64,000 bases of DNA. Origin: an uncultured delta proteobacterium (GTDB taxonomy: Bacteria > Myxococcota > Myxococcia > Myxococcales > Myxococcaceae). Positions 28,088 through 40,094 of this stretch are shown here, piece by piece. The notes below the pieces were generated by a model. That model ran no database searches and was not told the DNA's origin. It worked only from the letters and a program-made list of their open reading frames with translations. Positions within the stretch are counted from its first letter, which is position 1. Each line of letters opens with the position of its first letter. The translations under genes and the position numbers were made by a program. The stretch is from positions 96,001 through 160,000 of the forward strand of contig CAVYSY010000032.1 of the NCBI GenBank assembly GCA_963771175.1, in the 5' to 3' direction.

Positions 28088-29320
28088 CTAGAAGATCTCC
28101 TCGAGCCACTCGCGCATGCGGCCCTTGACCTTCTTGTAGACGTTCTCCTCGCGGATCCGGAACATCCGCCGGTCCAGGTGCTTCGCCCCGTACACCACCA
28201 GGCCCACGCCCGTCGCGTACATGGGGCTCTTCACCACGTCCACCAGCCCGCCAATCCCCCTCGGCATGCCCCGGCGCACCGGCAGCCCGATGACTTCCTC
28301 GGCCAGCTCCGGCATCCCCGCCAGCAGCGTCGAGCCTCCCGTAATCACCACGCCCGAGGCCAGCAGGTCCTCGTAGCCGCACTTCTGGATCTCCCGGTGC
28401 ACCAGCTGGAAGATCTCCTCCACCCGCGGCTCCAGAATCTCACACAGAATCTGCCGCCCCAGCACCCGCGGCTGCCGCCCGCCCACGCTCGGCACCTCGA
28501 GCGTCTCGTCCTTGTTCACCATCGAGGCCAGCGCGCAGCCGAACTTCTGCTTGATGCGCTCGGCCTCGTGCGCCGGCGTCCGCAGGCCAATCGCGATGTC
28601 GCTCGTCAGGTTGTTGCCCCCGAGCGCGATCACCGCCGTGTGCACGATGGAGCCGCCCGAGAAGATGGCGATGTCCGTGGTGCCCCCGCCGATGTCCACC
28701 AGGCACACCCCCAGCTCCTTCTCGTCCTCTCCCAGCACCGCCTCGGCCGACGCCAGCGGCTGCAGCACGATGTCCGACACGTTCAGGCCCGTGCGGTTCG
28801 CGCACTTCACGATGTTCTGCGCGCTCGACACCGCGCCGGTGACGATGTGCACCTTGGCCTCCAGGCGCACTCCCGCCATCCCCAGCGGCTCCTTGATGCC
28901 GCCCTGGTCGTCGATGATGAACTCCTGCGGCAGGACGTGGATGACCTCCCGGTCCAGCGGAATCGCCACGGCCTTGGCGGCGTCGATGACGCGGGCGATG
29001 TCCGCCTCGCGCACCTCCTTGTCCTTCACCGCCACGATCCCCTGCGAGTTGAAGCCCTTGATGTGGCCACCGGCGATGCCGGTGTACACGTGGGAGATCT
29101 CCGCCCCCGCCATCAGCTCGGCCTCCTCCACCGCGCGACGGATGGAGGCCACGGTCGCCTCGATGTTGACGACCACGCCCTTGCGCAGGCCCTTCGACGG
29201 GTGCGTCCCGATGCCGATGATGTCGATCCCATTGTCGGTGAGCTCCCCGACGATGGCGCAGATCTTCGTCGTGCCGATGTCGAGGCCGACGATGATCTCC
29301 CCGGACTTCTGCTTCGCCAT
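28088..29320 (-). CDS. ftsA: Cell division protein FtsA
   Basis: GLDIGTTKI, GLRKGVVVNIE, VDIGGGTTD, GVVITGG, PMYATGVGL. Confidence 0.98.
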   Translation of the reverse strand: MAKQKSGEIIVGLDIGTTKICAIVGELTDNGIDIIGIGTHPSKGLRKGVVVNIEATVASIRRAVEEAELMAGAEISHVYTGIAGGHIKGFNSQGIVAVKDKEVREADIARVIDAAKAVAIPLDREVIHVLPQEFIIDDQGGIKEPLGMAGVRLEAKVHIVTGAVSSAQNIVKCANRTGLNVSDIVLQPLASAEAVLGEDEKELGVCLVDIGGGTTDIAIFSGGSIVHTAVIALGGNNLTSDIAIGLRTPAHEAERIKQKFGCALASMVNKDETLEVPSVGGRQPRVLGRQILCEILEPRVEEIFQLVHREIQKCGYEDLLASGVVITGGSTLLAGMPELAEEVIGLPVRRGMPRGIGGLVDVVKSPMYATGVGLVVYGAKHLDRRMFRIREENVYKKVKGRMREWLEEIF

Positions 29321-29364
29321 GGACTCCCTCCCAGGCCCCCCACTCTCGTGAAAGGGGCGCGTCC

Positions 29365-30220
29365 TTACTGCGCCGAGGCCCCGCTCCTCTCGGACCGGGG
29401 CTCGAAAGTCTTCACCGCCACCCAGCCGGGACGCGCCCGGTTGTCCAGGTGGATTGTCTGTGCGGACAGCCCGCGCGCGACGCAGCTCGTCGCGCACCCG
29501 CGCCAGCCGCTGCAGCTTCGCGTCCGTCTCCCCCTCCCCCAGCAACACCTCCAGCCCCGTCCGCCGACACCAGCACCATCCCCGCGGGCGTCACCCGCAC
29601 CTCGCTCAGCCGCTCGCGCTTGCCGGGCTGCCGGGCCGCGTAGGCCTCCGCCACCGCCAGCGCCTCACGGACGCGCTCGCGCACTCCCGCCTCGTCCGCC
29701 AGGTAGCCCTCCCGGTCCAGCCCCGTGAGGAGCGGCAGGTCCACCTTGTCCCCGGGCTGCAGCCGCTTGAAGGGCTCGCCCTGCTCGTCCAGCAGGTAGA
29801 GGTCCCCGAGCGTCGCCAGCGCCGCCGGCACGTGCTCGGTCACCTCCACCGACACGCTGGAGGGGAAGTGGCGTCGCACCTCCACGGTGCGCACCCAGGG
29901 GTGGGCGGACATGGCGCGCTCCAGCGGCTCCACGTCCAGCGACCACAGGTTCTGCCCCACCGTCAGCCCGGACAGCTTGAGCAGCTCGCCCGGGGCGGCC
30001 CGCTGCAGCCCGCTGAAGGTCGTCTCCTTCAGCAGGAAGGTGGGCGAGGAGAGCGCCCAGCGCCGCAGCTCGACTCCGCCCCACACCAGGGCCAGGTCAG
30101 ACCCGTCAGTAAGATGGCCTTCAGCAGGCCGGGACCGTGCGTGCGCACGGCTCCCTTGACGGCCTCCTTCCTCTCGGAGGCGTCCTGGCGACGACGGTTC
30201 TTGGACTTACCGAATGCCAT
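29365..30220 (-). CDS. ftsQ: Cell division protein FtsQ (frameshifted)
   Basis: Basic N-terminus, TM, POTRA (GQNLWSLD..HPWVRTVEVRRHFPSSVSVEVTEH.P); lies between ddl and ftsA. Confidence 0.88.
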
Positions 30221-30346
30221 GGTGTGCGTCGGCGCATGCTGCGCGCGGTTGGATCTCCACGCCAGTTTTTCGCTACAGCCACGTCGCTGTAGCGATCGGC
30301 TCCCCTGAAGGGACCGGCAAGTCCACTTCATCCGGGGGACGGCATC

Positions 30347-31303
30347 TCAGGCCTTGAGACTGGCCCCTTGCAGCAGGCGCTCGCACAGGGCGGGGAAGTC
30401 GATGCCCCGGCCCGCGGCGATCTTCGGCAGCAGGCTGGCCTCGGTCATTCCCGGGCAGCGTGTTGATCTCCAACAGGAAGACCTCACCGGACGGCGTCAG
30501 GATGACGTCCGAGCGGGTGCCTCCACTGCATCCAAGCGCGCGATGGGCACCAAGGCAGACCTGGTTCACGCGCTCGTACTGATCCGGCGGGAGGGGGGCC
30601 GGGAAGAGGTACTTCGTGGTTCCCCCGGATTGGTACTTGGCCTGGTAGTCGTAGAACTCCCGCGCGGCCACCACCTCGATGACGCCGAGGGCCTCGTCGT
30701 CGAGGACCGCCGCCCTGCACCTCGCGGCCCTTGATGTACTGCTCGACCAGGATGGTGCCGGCCAGCTTGGAGGCGTCCTCGACGGCGGCGAGGTACTCCT
30801 CGCGCGTCTTGCACGATGTGGACGCCGACGCTGCTGCCCTCGCGGGAGGGCTTGACGACGGCCGGGAGGCCGAAGGGCAGCGAGTCCACGGCGGCCCGGG
30901 CCTCCTCGCGGTGCGGAAGGCGCGGTAGGGCGGCGTGGGGATGCCGTGGGCGATGAAGACCTGCTTGGCGAAGACCTTGTCCATGCCCAGGGACGAGGCC
31001 AGCACGCCGCTGCCGGTATAGGGGATGAACATGCGACTCGAGCAGCCCCTGGACGCAGCCGTCCTCGCCGTAGCGGCCGTGGAGGGCGATGAAGGCCACC
31101 TCCACCTTCTCGGCCACGAGGCGCGCGGGCAGGTCCTTGCCCACGTCGATCTCCACCACGTCGTAGCCGAGCCCCCGCAGGGCCTTGGCCACGGCGGCGC
31201 CGGTGCGCAGCGACACCTCGCGCTCGGAGGACAGGCCTCCCAGCAACACACCCACCCGCTTCCGCTTCAGCTCTTCCTTGGAGATGGTGCTCACGGTGCT
31301 CAT
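30347..31303 (-). CDS. ddl: D-alanine--D-alanine ligase (frameshifted)
   Basis: [55 protein letters not shown]. Confidence 0.95.
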
Positions 31304-32236
31304 GGCTGGAACACCCCCACGCGCTTGACTTCGGGTTGGAGCTCGACGCCCGCTCCTCGCGCACCCGAGTCTGCATCAGGGTGAGGAGCGAAAGCACGTC
31401 GTGGGCGGTGGCACCGCCCAGGTTGACGATCCAGTTGGCGTGCAGGGTGGACACCTGCGCGCGACCGATGACGTGGCCCTTGAGCCCCACGCTCTCGATG
31501 AGCCGCCCGGCGAAGTCGCCCGGCGGATTGGTGAAGACGCTGCCGAAGTTGGGCTGGCTGAGCGGCTGGCGTGCGCTTGCGGTAGGCGAGGTCCTCGTCC
31601 ATCGCCTTCTTGGACGCCTCGAGGTCCCCCTTGCGCAGCAGGAAGCGCACCCGCGTCACCACGCCGCCCGCGGGCAGCTCCGAGTGCCGGTAGCGGTGCG
31701 GAATCTCCGCCTTGCGGAAGCCACCCCACCCCGTCCGCGGTCGCCACTTCCACCGCCTCCACCACGCGGAAGCACTCGCCGTTCTTGGTGCCCGCGTTCA
31801 TGGTCACCGCGCCGCCCAGGGTGCCGGGGATGCCCGCGAGGAACTCGGCACCCACCAGGCCGTGGGCGCGCATCTGGTTGCAGCAGCCGGACGATGGCCG
31901 CGCCCGCGCCGAGGGTGAGCCTCCCCTCCTCCGCGCCCACGTCGGCCAGCTCGGGGAACAGGTCCCCCGGCAGCTTCACGGTGACGCCCGGAATCCCCGC
32001 CGTCGCCCACGAGGGTGTTGGCGCCGCCGCCGAGCACGGTGAGGGGCACGCCCTCCTCGCGCAGGAAGCGCAGCAGGGCCACCAGGGCCTCCGGCGAGCG
32101 CGGGCGGACGAGCGCCTCGGCCGGGCCGCCCACGCGCACGCTCGTGAGGGGCGCGAGCGGCGCGTTCGCCGTCACGTCACAGCCGGACAGACGCCCCACC
32201 CGCTCGGGCAGGGACGATGAGAGGACGCGCCACCAT
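31300..32236 (-). CDS. murB: UDP-N-acetylmuramate dehydrogenase (frameshifted)
   Basis: [46 protein letters not shown]. Confidence 0.93.
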
Positions 32237-32240
32237 GCCG

Positions 32241-33674
32241 TTACGCGCCCTTCGCCGTTCCGTGCTGCTTGAGCAGCTCGAGCAGCTCCGGCCCCACCTG
32301 GGTGATGTCGCCGGCGCCCAGGGTCAGGACGAGGTCGCCCTCGCGCAGCCGGGGCAGCAGCGTCTTCGCGACGTCCGCGCGCTTCTCCACGTAGGTGACG
32401 TCGCGGTGGCCGTGGGCGCGGATGGCCTCGGCCAGCGCCTCGCCGGTGGCGCCGGGGATGGGCTCCTCGCCGGCCGCGTAGACGCTGGTGACGTAGACGC
32501 ACGTCCGCGTCGTTGAAGGAGGTCGCGAACTCCTTCAGCAGGTCGTGGGTGCGCGTGTAGCGGTGGGGCTGGAAGGCCACCACGAGCCGCTTGCCGAAGG
32601 CGCGCCGGGCGCCCGCGAGCGTGGCCTGCACCTCGGTGGGGTGGTGCCCGTAGTCGTCCACCACGGTGACGCCGGCCGCCTCGCCGCGCACGGTGAAGCG
32701 CCGCTGCACGCCGCCGAACTCGGCGAGCGCGCCGCGCACCACGTCGAGGGGAATGTCCATCTCCTCGGCCACGGCGATGACGGCCAGGGCGTTGAGGGCG
32801 TTGTGCGCGCCCACCATGCGCACGCGGAACTCGCCGAGCGGCTCGTCGCGCCGGAAGGCCTCGAAGCGGGTGGTGAAGCCCTCCAGCCGCACGCCCTCCA
32901 GCCGGTAGTCCGCCATGTGCGAGCTGCCGTAGGTGACGAAGCGCTTCTCCAGGCGCGGCAGCAGCGACTGCACGTTGGGGTTGTCCAGGCACAGCACGTT
33001 GAGGCCGTAGAAGGGCACGCGGTTGCAGAAGGCCATGAAGGCGTCCTTCAGCTTGTCCAGCGTCGCCGTAGTGGTCCATGTGCTCGGGGTCGATGTTGGT
33101 GACCACGGCGATGGACGGGTGCAGGTGCAGGAAGCTGCCGTCGCTCTCGTCGGCCTCCACCACCATCAGCTCGCTCTGGCCCAGCCTGGCGTTGGAGTCG
33201 AGCACGTTCACCTTGCCGCCCACCACGGCCGTGCGGGTCCAGCCCCGCGGCGCTCAGCACGGTGGCCACCATGGAGGTGGTGGTCGTCTTGCCGTGGCTG
33301 CCCGCGACGGCGACGGCGTACTTGAGCCGCATCAGCTCGGCGAGCATCTCCGCGCGGGGGATGACGGGAATCTTCCGCTGGCGCGCGGTGACGACCTCGG
33401 GGTTGTCCTTGCGCACCGCCGAGGAGATGACGACCACGTCCGCCTTCACGAGGTTCTCCGCGCGGTGGCCCTCGAAGACGGTGGCGCCCAGGCGCTCGAG
33501 GCGGCGGGTCGTCTCACTGGCCTTGAGGTCCGAGCCGGACACCCGGTAGCCCAGGTTGAGCAGCACCTCGGCGATGCCGCTCATGCCGATGCCGCCGATG
33601 CCCACGAAGTGCACGTGCGCGGCATGGCGCGTCTTGAAGAGGCTCGCGGGCCTGGCGGGGCGGTTCGTCGTCAC
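32241..33674 (-). CDS. murC: UDP-N-acetylmuramate--L-alanine ligase (frameshifted)
   Basis: [50 protein letters not shown]. Confidence 0.96.
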
Positions 33675-33687
33675 GGGTGTCGTCTCC

Positions 33688-34908
33688 TCAGACCTGCTTC
33701 TCGTTGCCGCCAGCCTGCTGCTCGCCGCCAGCCTTCGGCTCGGTGCCGGGCTTCTTCTCCTTGCCCGGCTTCTTCGGGTTGGGGTCTTCACCCCGGGCCT
33801 CGGCCCGACCGGAGGGGCCGTACGTCTGGATCATCAGCTCCACGAGCACGTCCGCCAGCTCCTTGGCCGCCTCGGGACGCCCCAGCAGGCCCGCCTTCTT
33901 CTCCATCTGGCGGCGCTTCTCCGGGTCATCCTTGAGGCGGCGGATCTCCTGGGCGAGCTGCTGTCCCGTCAGCTCCGACTCGCGGAACATGAGGGCCGCG
34001 CCCGCCTTCACCAGCGCCTGGGCATTCACCTCCTGGTGGTTGTCCGTGGCGAAGGGGAAGGGAATGAGGATGCTGGCCTTCTTGGCCACCGTCAGCTCGG
34101 ACAGCGTGGTGGCGCCCGCCCGGCAGATGACGAGCTCCGCCCTGGCGTACGCGTCGGACATGTCCTCGATGTACTCCACCACCTGGGCCTGGGCGGTGAA
34201 GCCCTTGGCCGCGTAGCCCTGGCGCACCGTCTCGAGGTCCTTCTTGCCCGTCTGGTGCACGATGTGGAGCTGATCCTTGATGTCCTGCAGGTGGTCCAGC
34301 GCGTCGATCATCCGCTGGTTGATGCCGCGCGCCCCGAGGCTGCCGCCGAAGACGAGCAGGGAGAACTTCTCGTGCGCCACGCGCGAGCGCAGGAAGTTCT
34401 CCATCAGCGTGCGGCGGATGGGGTTGCCGACGAGCTGCACCTTGCGCGCGGGGAAGAAGGGGCGCGCCTCCTCGAAGGCGGTGAAGACGACGCGCACGAA
34501 CCGGCCGAGCACCTTGTTGGTGAGCCCCGGCAGCGCGTTCTGCTCCTGCACCGCGGTGGGGATGCCCATCAGCGCCGCGGCGAGCACCACCGGCCCGCTG
34601 GCGTAGCCGCCCACGCCCACCACCACGTCCGGCTTCTGGCGCTGGAGGATGCGGATGGACTCGATGAAGGCCAGGGGCAGCGCGAGCAGGCCCTTGATGA
34701 GGCCCACGAAGCCCTTGCCCTTGAGGCCCTGCGCCCGGATGGTCTCCAGCTTGTAGCCGGACTGGGGCACCACCCGCGCCTCGAGGCCGCGCTCGGTGCC
34801 CACGAACAGCACCTGGTTGGCGTGGTGCCGCGTCACCACCTCTTCGGCCAGGGCGATGCCCGGGTAGAGATGACCGCCCGTACCGCCTCCCGCGATGAGC
34901 ACCTTCAC
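33688..34908 (-). CDS. murG: MurG glycosyltransferase
   Basis: [43 protein letters not shown]. Confidence 0.97.
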   Translation of the reverse strand: MKVLIAGGGTGGHLYPGIALAEEVVTRHHANQVLFVGTERGLEARVVPQSGYKLETIRAQGLKGKGFVGLIKGLLALPLAFIESIRILQRQKPDVVVGVGGYASGPVVLAAALMGIPTAVQEQNALPGLTNKVLGRFVRVVFTAFEEARPFFPARKVQLVGNPIRRTLMENFLRSRVAHEKFSLLVFGGSLGARGINQRMIDALDHLQDIKDQLHIVHQTGKKDLETVRQGYAAKGFTAQAQVVEYIEDMSDAYARAELVICRAGATTLSELTVAKKASILIPFPFATDNHQEVNAQALVKAGAALMFRESELTGQQLAQEIRRLKDDPEKRRQMEKKAGLLGRPEAAKELADVLVELMIQTYGPSGRAEARGEDPNPKKPGKEKKPGTEPKAGGEQQAGGNEKQV

Positions 34909-36074
34909 GCCGCCACCTCCCTCATGTCACCGCCGGAGCGAAAAGTCCGGTTGCCAGCGGGTTCCGCGCTGGCACTCAGCGAAAGCAATACACCGGCCGC
35001 ACCCATCAGCACCACCAGGGAGGTGCCCCCGTAGGACACGAAGGGCAGTGTCAGTCCTTTAGTCGGCAACAGGCCCATGGCCACGCACATGTTCACCGTC
35101 GCCTGGAAGGCAATGATGGAGGTGAGCCCCAGGCCCAGGTACGTGCCAAATGTCTCCGGGGCGGCGAGGCTCGCGCGGATGCCGCGCCAGATGACGATGG
35201 CGTAGAGCGACACCAGCAACACCACCCCCATGAGGCCCAATTCCTCGCCGATGATGGCGAAGATGAAGTCCGTGTGGGCCTCGGGCAGGAAGAAGAGCTT
35301 CTGCCGCCCGTCTCCCAGGCCCAGGCCGGTGAGGCCGCCCGAGCCGATGGACATGAGGGACTCGGCCACCTGGTAGCCGATGTCGTGCCGGTGGGCCCAC
35401 GGGTCCAGGAAGGCCAGCACTCGCTTCATGCGGTAGGGACTGGAGGCGATGGCCGCGTACGCCAGCGGCAGCGCCAGCAGCACCGAGCCCACCAGGTAGC
35501 TCACCTTGGTGCCCGCGGCGAACAGCAGCGCGAAGAGCAGGAACACCAGCAGCACCGAGCTGCCGAAGTCCGGCTGCAGCATGCACAGGCCCACCAGCAG
35601 GCCGCACAGCAGCAGGTGCGGCAGGAAGCCCACGGAGAAGGTGGCCACCTTCTCGCGCTTCTTGGCCAGCGAGTAGGACAGGTAGACGACCCAGGCGACC
35701 TTGGCCACCTCGGCCGGCTGCAGGCCGAAGCCCGGCAGGCGGATCCACCGCCGCGCGCCGCCCGCCGTGGTGCCGATGCCCGGAATCAGCACCAGCACCA
35801 GCAGCACCAGCGTCACCAGCAGCAGCGGATAGGCGAGCCGCGCCAGCCGGCGCCAGCCCACCTTCATCCCCACCGCCATCGCCACCACGCCCAGGCCGGC
35901 CGCCACGAGCTGCCGGTTGAGGAAGTAGAGGCTGTCACCCAGCTTGTCCTGGGCCATGACGGCGCTCGCCGAGTACACCATCACCAGTCCGAGCGAGACG
36001 AGTGACAGCACCGCGCACAGCAGCAGCGCGTCGAAGCGCACCGGGGCGGCGGAGGGAGCGGCGAGGACCTTCAT
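34905..36074 (-). CDS. ftsW: SEDS peptidoglycan polymerase FtsW
   Basis: GLVMVYSAS, GARRWI, QPAEVAK, QPDFG, LPEAHTDFIFA, GLLPTKGLTLPFVSYGG. Confidence 0.97.
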   Translation of the reverse strand: MKVLAAPSAAPVRFDALLLCAVLSLVSLGLVMVYSASAVMAQDKLGDSLYFLNRQLVAAGLGVVAMAVGMKVGWRRLARLAYPLLLVTLVLLVLVLIPGIGTTAGGARRWIRLPGFGLQPAEVAKVAWVVYLSYSLAKKREKVATFSVGFLPHLLLCGLLVGLCMLQPDFGSSVLLVFLLFALLFAAGTKVSYLVGSVLLALPLAYAAIASSPYRMKRVLAFLDPWAHRHDIGYQVAESLMSIGSGGLTGLGLGDGRQKLFFLPEAHTDFIFAIIGEELGLMGVVLLVSLYAIVIWRGIRASLAAPETFGTYLGLGLTSIIAFQATVNMCVAMGLLPTKGLTLPFVSYGGTSLVVLMGAAGVLLSLSASAEPAGNRTFRSGGDMREVAA

Positions 36075-37456
36075 GGATTCAGAGCTCCCTCACGAGGCGT
36101 TTGAAGGTGTCGCCCCGGTGCTCGAAGTTCTGGAACTGGTCGTAGGAGGCACATGCAGGCGACAAAAGTACAGTGTCGCCGGATCTTGCCAGGGCCCTGG
36201 CCCGCCGTACAGCTTCCGCGAGCGTCCCGCAGGGATACACCGGGGCGCGTGCCCTCGTAGGCCTGGGCGAGGGTGTCGGCGTCCTGGCCGATGGTGAGCA
36301 CGCCCTTCACCTTGCCGCGCCCCTCGTCCACCATGGGCTGGTAGGGAGCGCCCTTGCCCTTGCCGCCGGCGATGAGGAGCACGTCCTTCTGGAAGGCGCG
36401 CAGGGCCACCAGCACCGAGTCCACGTTGGTGGCCTTGGAGTCGTTCACCCACTCCACGCCGTCCAGCACGCGCACGCTCTCCAGCCGGTGCGGCAGGCCC
36501 GGGTAGCTGTCCAGGCCCGCCTGCACGCCCTCGTGCGACACGCCCGCCAGCCGAGCCAGCAGCGCCGCCGCCATGGCGTTCTGTGTGTTGTGGGCCCCGC
36601 GCAGCGCACGGTTGGTGAGGGTGAAGGACTCGCCCTTGTCCCCTGCCCCCTCGAAGCGGAAGCCGCCGGGCCGAGCCACCGCCATGCCGGCCAGCTTGGG
36701 GGCCGCGGCCACCGGACGCCCGGTGAGGCTGAAGCCGTAGACGGGCACCTTCGCGGCCTCGGCCAGCCGCATCACGTCCGCGTCGTCCGCGTTCACCACG
36801 GTGAAGTCGCCCTGCGCCTGGTTGCGGAAGATGCGGGCCTTGGCCGCGCCGTAGGCCGCGTGGCTCTCGTACCGGTCGATGTGGTCCGGCGTGAGGTTGA
36901 GGATGGTGGAGCCGCGGGGCCGCAGCGCGTCGATGCCCTCGAGCTGGAAGCTGGAGAGCTCCACCACCAGCGCGTCCCACTCGCCGGGCGTGAGGGCCGC
37001 CTCGGCCAGCGGACGCCCGAGGTTGCCTCCCACGAAGGTGCGCTGCCCACCACTCTGGAAGAGCTCGCCGGTGAGCGCCGTGGTGGTGCTCTTGCCGTTG
37101 GTGCCGGTGATGCCGAGCAGCGGCACGTGCGAGAGGTAGCGCCCGGCCAGCTCCACCTCGCCCCAGACGGGCACGCCCGCGGCGCGCGCCTTTTGAATCT
37201 CCGGCAGCGCCAGCGGCACGCCCGGGCTCACCACCACGAGCTGCTGCGACTCCAGCAGCCCCGGCGGCGTGGGCCCGGTGACGAGCGTCACGCCCTGCGC
37301 CTTCAGCTCGCGCGCCGTCTCGCCCAGCGCCTCCTCGGTGCGAGCGTCCAGCGCCGTCACCCGCGCGCCCTTCGCCACCAAGAGACGGATGGCGGCCAGC
37401 CCGCTCTTGGCGAGCCCATACACCACTACCTTGCGGTCCTTCAGGTCAGGCGTCAT
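36071..37456 (-). CDS. murD: MurD ligase (3' frameshifts)
   Basis: [45 protein letters not shown]. Confidence 0.96.
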   Translation of the reverse strand: MTPDLKDRKVVVYGLAKSGLAAIRLLVAKGARVTALDARTEEALGETARELKAQGVTLVTGPTPPGLLESQQLVVVSPGVPLALPEIQKARAAGVPVWGEVELAGRYLSHVPLLGITGTNGKSTTTALTGELFQSGGQRTFVGGNLGRPLAEAALTPGEWDALVVELSSFQLEGIDALRPRGSTILNLTPDHIDRYESHAAYGAAKARIFRNQAQGDFTVVNADDADVMRLAEAAKVPVYGFSLTGRPVAAAPKLAGMAVARPGGFRFEGAGDKGESFTLTNRALRGAHNTQNAMAAALLARLAGVSHEGVQAGLDSYPGLPHRLESVRVLDGVEWVNDSKATNVDSVLVALRAFQKDVLLIAGGKGKGAPYQPMVDEGRGKVKGVLTIGQDADTLAQAYEGTRPGVSLRDARGSCTAGQGPGKIRRHCTFVACMCLLRPVPELRAPGRHLQTPREGALNP

Positions 37457-37472
37457 GCGCGCCTCCCTCTGC

Positions 37473-38656
37473 CTAGCGCAGCTTGAGCGACAGGAGCGCC
37501 ACGCCTCCGCAGAGGATGGCGACGATCCAGAAGCGGACGATGATCTTCGGCTCGGCGATGCCCTTGAGCTCGAAGTGGTGGTGCACCGGCGCCATCTTGA
37601 AGACGCGCTTGCCGGTGAGCTTGAAGGACGTCACCTGGATCATCACGCTGAGGATCTCCGCGAAGAAGACCCCGTGGATGATGGCGGACACCACCTCGTT
37701 CTTGGACAGCACCGCCAGCCCACCGAGCGCGCCGCCCAGCGCGAGCGAGCCGATGTCGCCCATGAAGACGGAGGCCGGGTAGGCGTTGAACCAGAGGAAC
37801 GAGATGCCCGCGCCCACGATGCTGGCGCAGAAGACGGCCAGTTCCGCGCCGCCGGGCACCTCGGGGACGCCCAGGTAGCTCCACAGGGGCTCGCCCACCA
37901 CGCGCGCGACGCCCCCCACCGTCTCCACGTTGGCGATGCGCGTCGCCGAGCCCGCCACGTAGCAGAGGATGGTGAAGGTGGTGGCCGCGATGATGGTGGG
38001 CATGATGGCCAGACCGTCCAGGCCGTCGGTGATGTTGACGGCGTTGGACGTCCCCACCACCACGATCCAGCGCGAAGAAGACGTAGAACCAGCCGAAGTC
38101 CGGGTTGAACCGGTGCGTGGGCACGAAGGGCAGCGTCAGCCGGGTGTCGATGAGCAGCTTCGGCCCGCTGAAGGACCCGTCCGGCCCCGTCCACGTGCAC
38201 ATCAACCCGAAGACGGCCACCAGGTAGAAGACCGTCTGGAGGACCATCTTGTACCGGCCGGCCAGCCCCTTGCGAGTTGCGCTTGGACAGCTTCAGCCAG
38301 TCGTCCAGGAAGCCGATGAAGCCGTAGCCCAGGGTGAGCAGCAGCGCCGCCCACACCGCGCGGCTCTTCAGGTCCGCGAAGACGAAGGTGCCCACCGCGA
38401 TGCACAGCAGGATGAGCGCGCCGCCCATGGTGGGCGTGCCCTTCTTCTTCTGGTGCGTGTCCGGGGTGTCCTCGCGCACGTTGCTCTGGCCGTGCTGCTT
38501 GAGGCGCAGCCGGGCGATGAGCCTCGGGCCGACGAGCATGCCCAGCAGCAGCGAGGCCACGCCCGCCGCGACGATGCGGAAGGTGGGGTAGCGCAGGAAG
38601 TTGAGCAGCCGCCCCGCGTCCGTGTCCTTGATCCACTCGTAGATGAGGAAGAGCAC
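37473..38656 (-). CDS. mraY: Phospho-N-acetylmuramoyl-pentapeptide transferase (frameshifted)
   Basis: [43 protein letters not shown]. Confidence 0.96.
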
Positions 38657-40068
38657 TCAGTGGCTTCCTCCAGGCGCAGCGGCACCGGTGAGGCCCGCGA
38701 CGACCCGCTCGAGCCGCATGCCGCGGCTCGCCTTGACCAGCACCACGTCCCCCTGCGCTTCAGCTGCGGCATCAGCCAGGACAACAGCGGCTCGACCTCG
38801 GTGAAGTGCGCCGCGCGCTCTCCCAGCCCCGCCGCCTCGTACGCCCTTGCGCGAGCGCGGCCCGAAGAACGCCACGAGCTGCGCCTTGCTCGCCGCGAGC
38901 GCACCCAGCTGCGTGTGCTCCTCCAGCTCGCCCGGCGCCCAGCTCCAGCATGTCTCCGAGCACCGCCACCGCCCGGCCACCGGGCTGCACCAGCGAGCGC
39001 AGCGTGTCCAGCGCCGCGGCCATGGAGGCGGGGTTCGCGTTGTAGCAGTCGTCCACCACGGTGGTGCCGTGCAGGCCATCCACCACGTTGAGCCGGCGCG
39101 CGTACGGCCTCGCCGCCTCCAGTCCCTTCACGCACTCCTCGGGGGAGTAGCCGAGCGCCAGGGCCAGCGCGAAGGCGCCGGTGGCGTTGAGGGCGTTGTG
39201 CTCGCCGATGAAGGACAGCTTCACCGGCCAGTCCTTGCCCTGCGTGCCGCACGGTGATGTGCAGCCCCTCGCGGCCGCGCGGAGCTGACCGCCGCGAGCC
39301 GCACGTCCGCGCTGCGTCGGCGCGGCCGAAGCCGAGCTTCTTCGCCCGGCTGCGCGCCGCCTGCTCGGGGATGAGCGGGTCGTCCACGTTCACCACCGCC
39401 ACGGCCTCGGGCGGAAGCTCCGGAACAGCTCGCCCTCGGCCTCGGCCACGCCCTCGATGCTGCCCAGCCCCTCCAGGTGCTCGGGCTGCACGACGGTGAT
39501 GAGGCCCGCGTCCGGCCGGACGACGCGGGTGAGCCGGGTGATTTCGCCGGGCTGGTTCATCCCCGTCTCGATGACCGCCGCCACGTGCGAGGACTCCAGG
39601 CGGAAGAGCGTGAGCGGCACCCCCACCTCGTTGTTGAGGTTGCCCTCCGTCTTCAGCGCGGGGCCGCGCGTGGCGAGGATGGCGCCCACCATCTCCTTGG
39701 TGGTCGTCTTCCCGTTGGAGCCGCCCACCGCGCCCACCGGAATCCGGAAGCGCTGGCGGTGCGCATGCGCGCCAGCGCCCCGAGCGCCGCCAGGGTGTCC
39801 TCCACCTCGTAGAGGACGAAGCCCTCGGGGAGCTGCGGGGAGTGCCCGGCCCTGCTTCACCACCGCCCCGGCCGCCCCACCGCTGGCGGCCTGGGCGAGG
39901 AAGTCGTGCGCATCGAAGCGCTCGCCCTGGAGCGCCACGAAGAGACAGCCCGGGCTCGAGGGCCCGAGTGTCGGTGCAGACGGCCGGGAACTCCGCCGCG
40001 GGCCTGCCGCCCCGCCGGGTGGCCCCGGTCGCCTGCACCACCTGCTCATCGGTGAATCGTGCGGCCAT
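38657..40068 (-). CDS. murF: MurF ligase (frameshifted)
   Basis: [53 protein letters not shown]. Confidence 0.95.
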
Positions 40069-40094
40069 AGAGGCTGCGGGAGCGGCTTCTCCGT

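Noticed and set aside
30270..30295. Hairpin between ddl and ftsQ as a terminator
   Set aside because: No U-tract follows it on the transcribed (minus) strand; considered under the TGTAGC motif instead.
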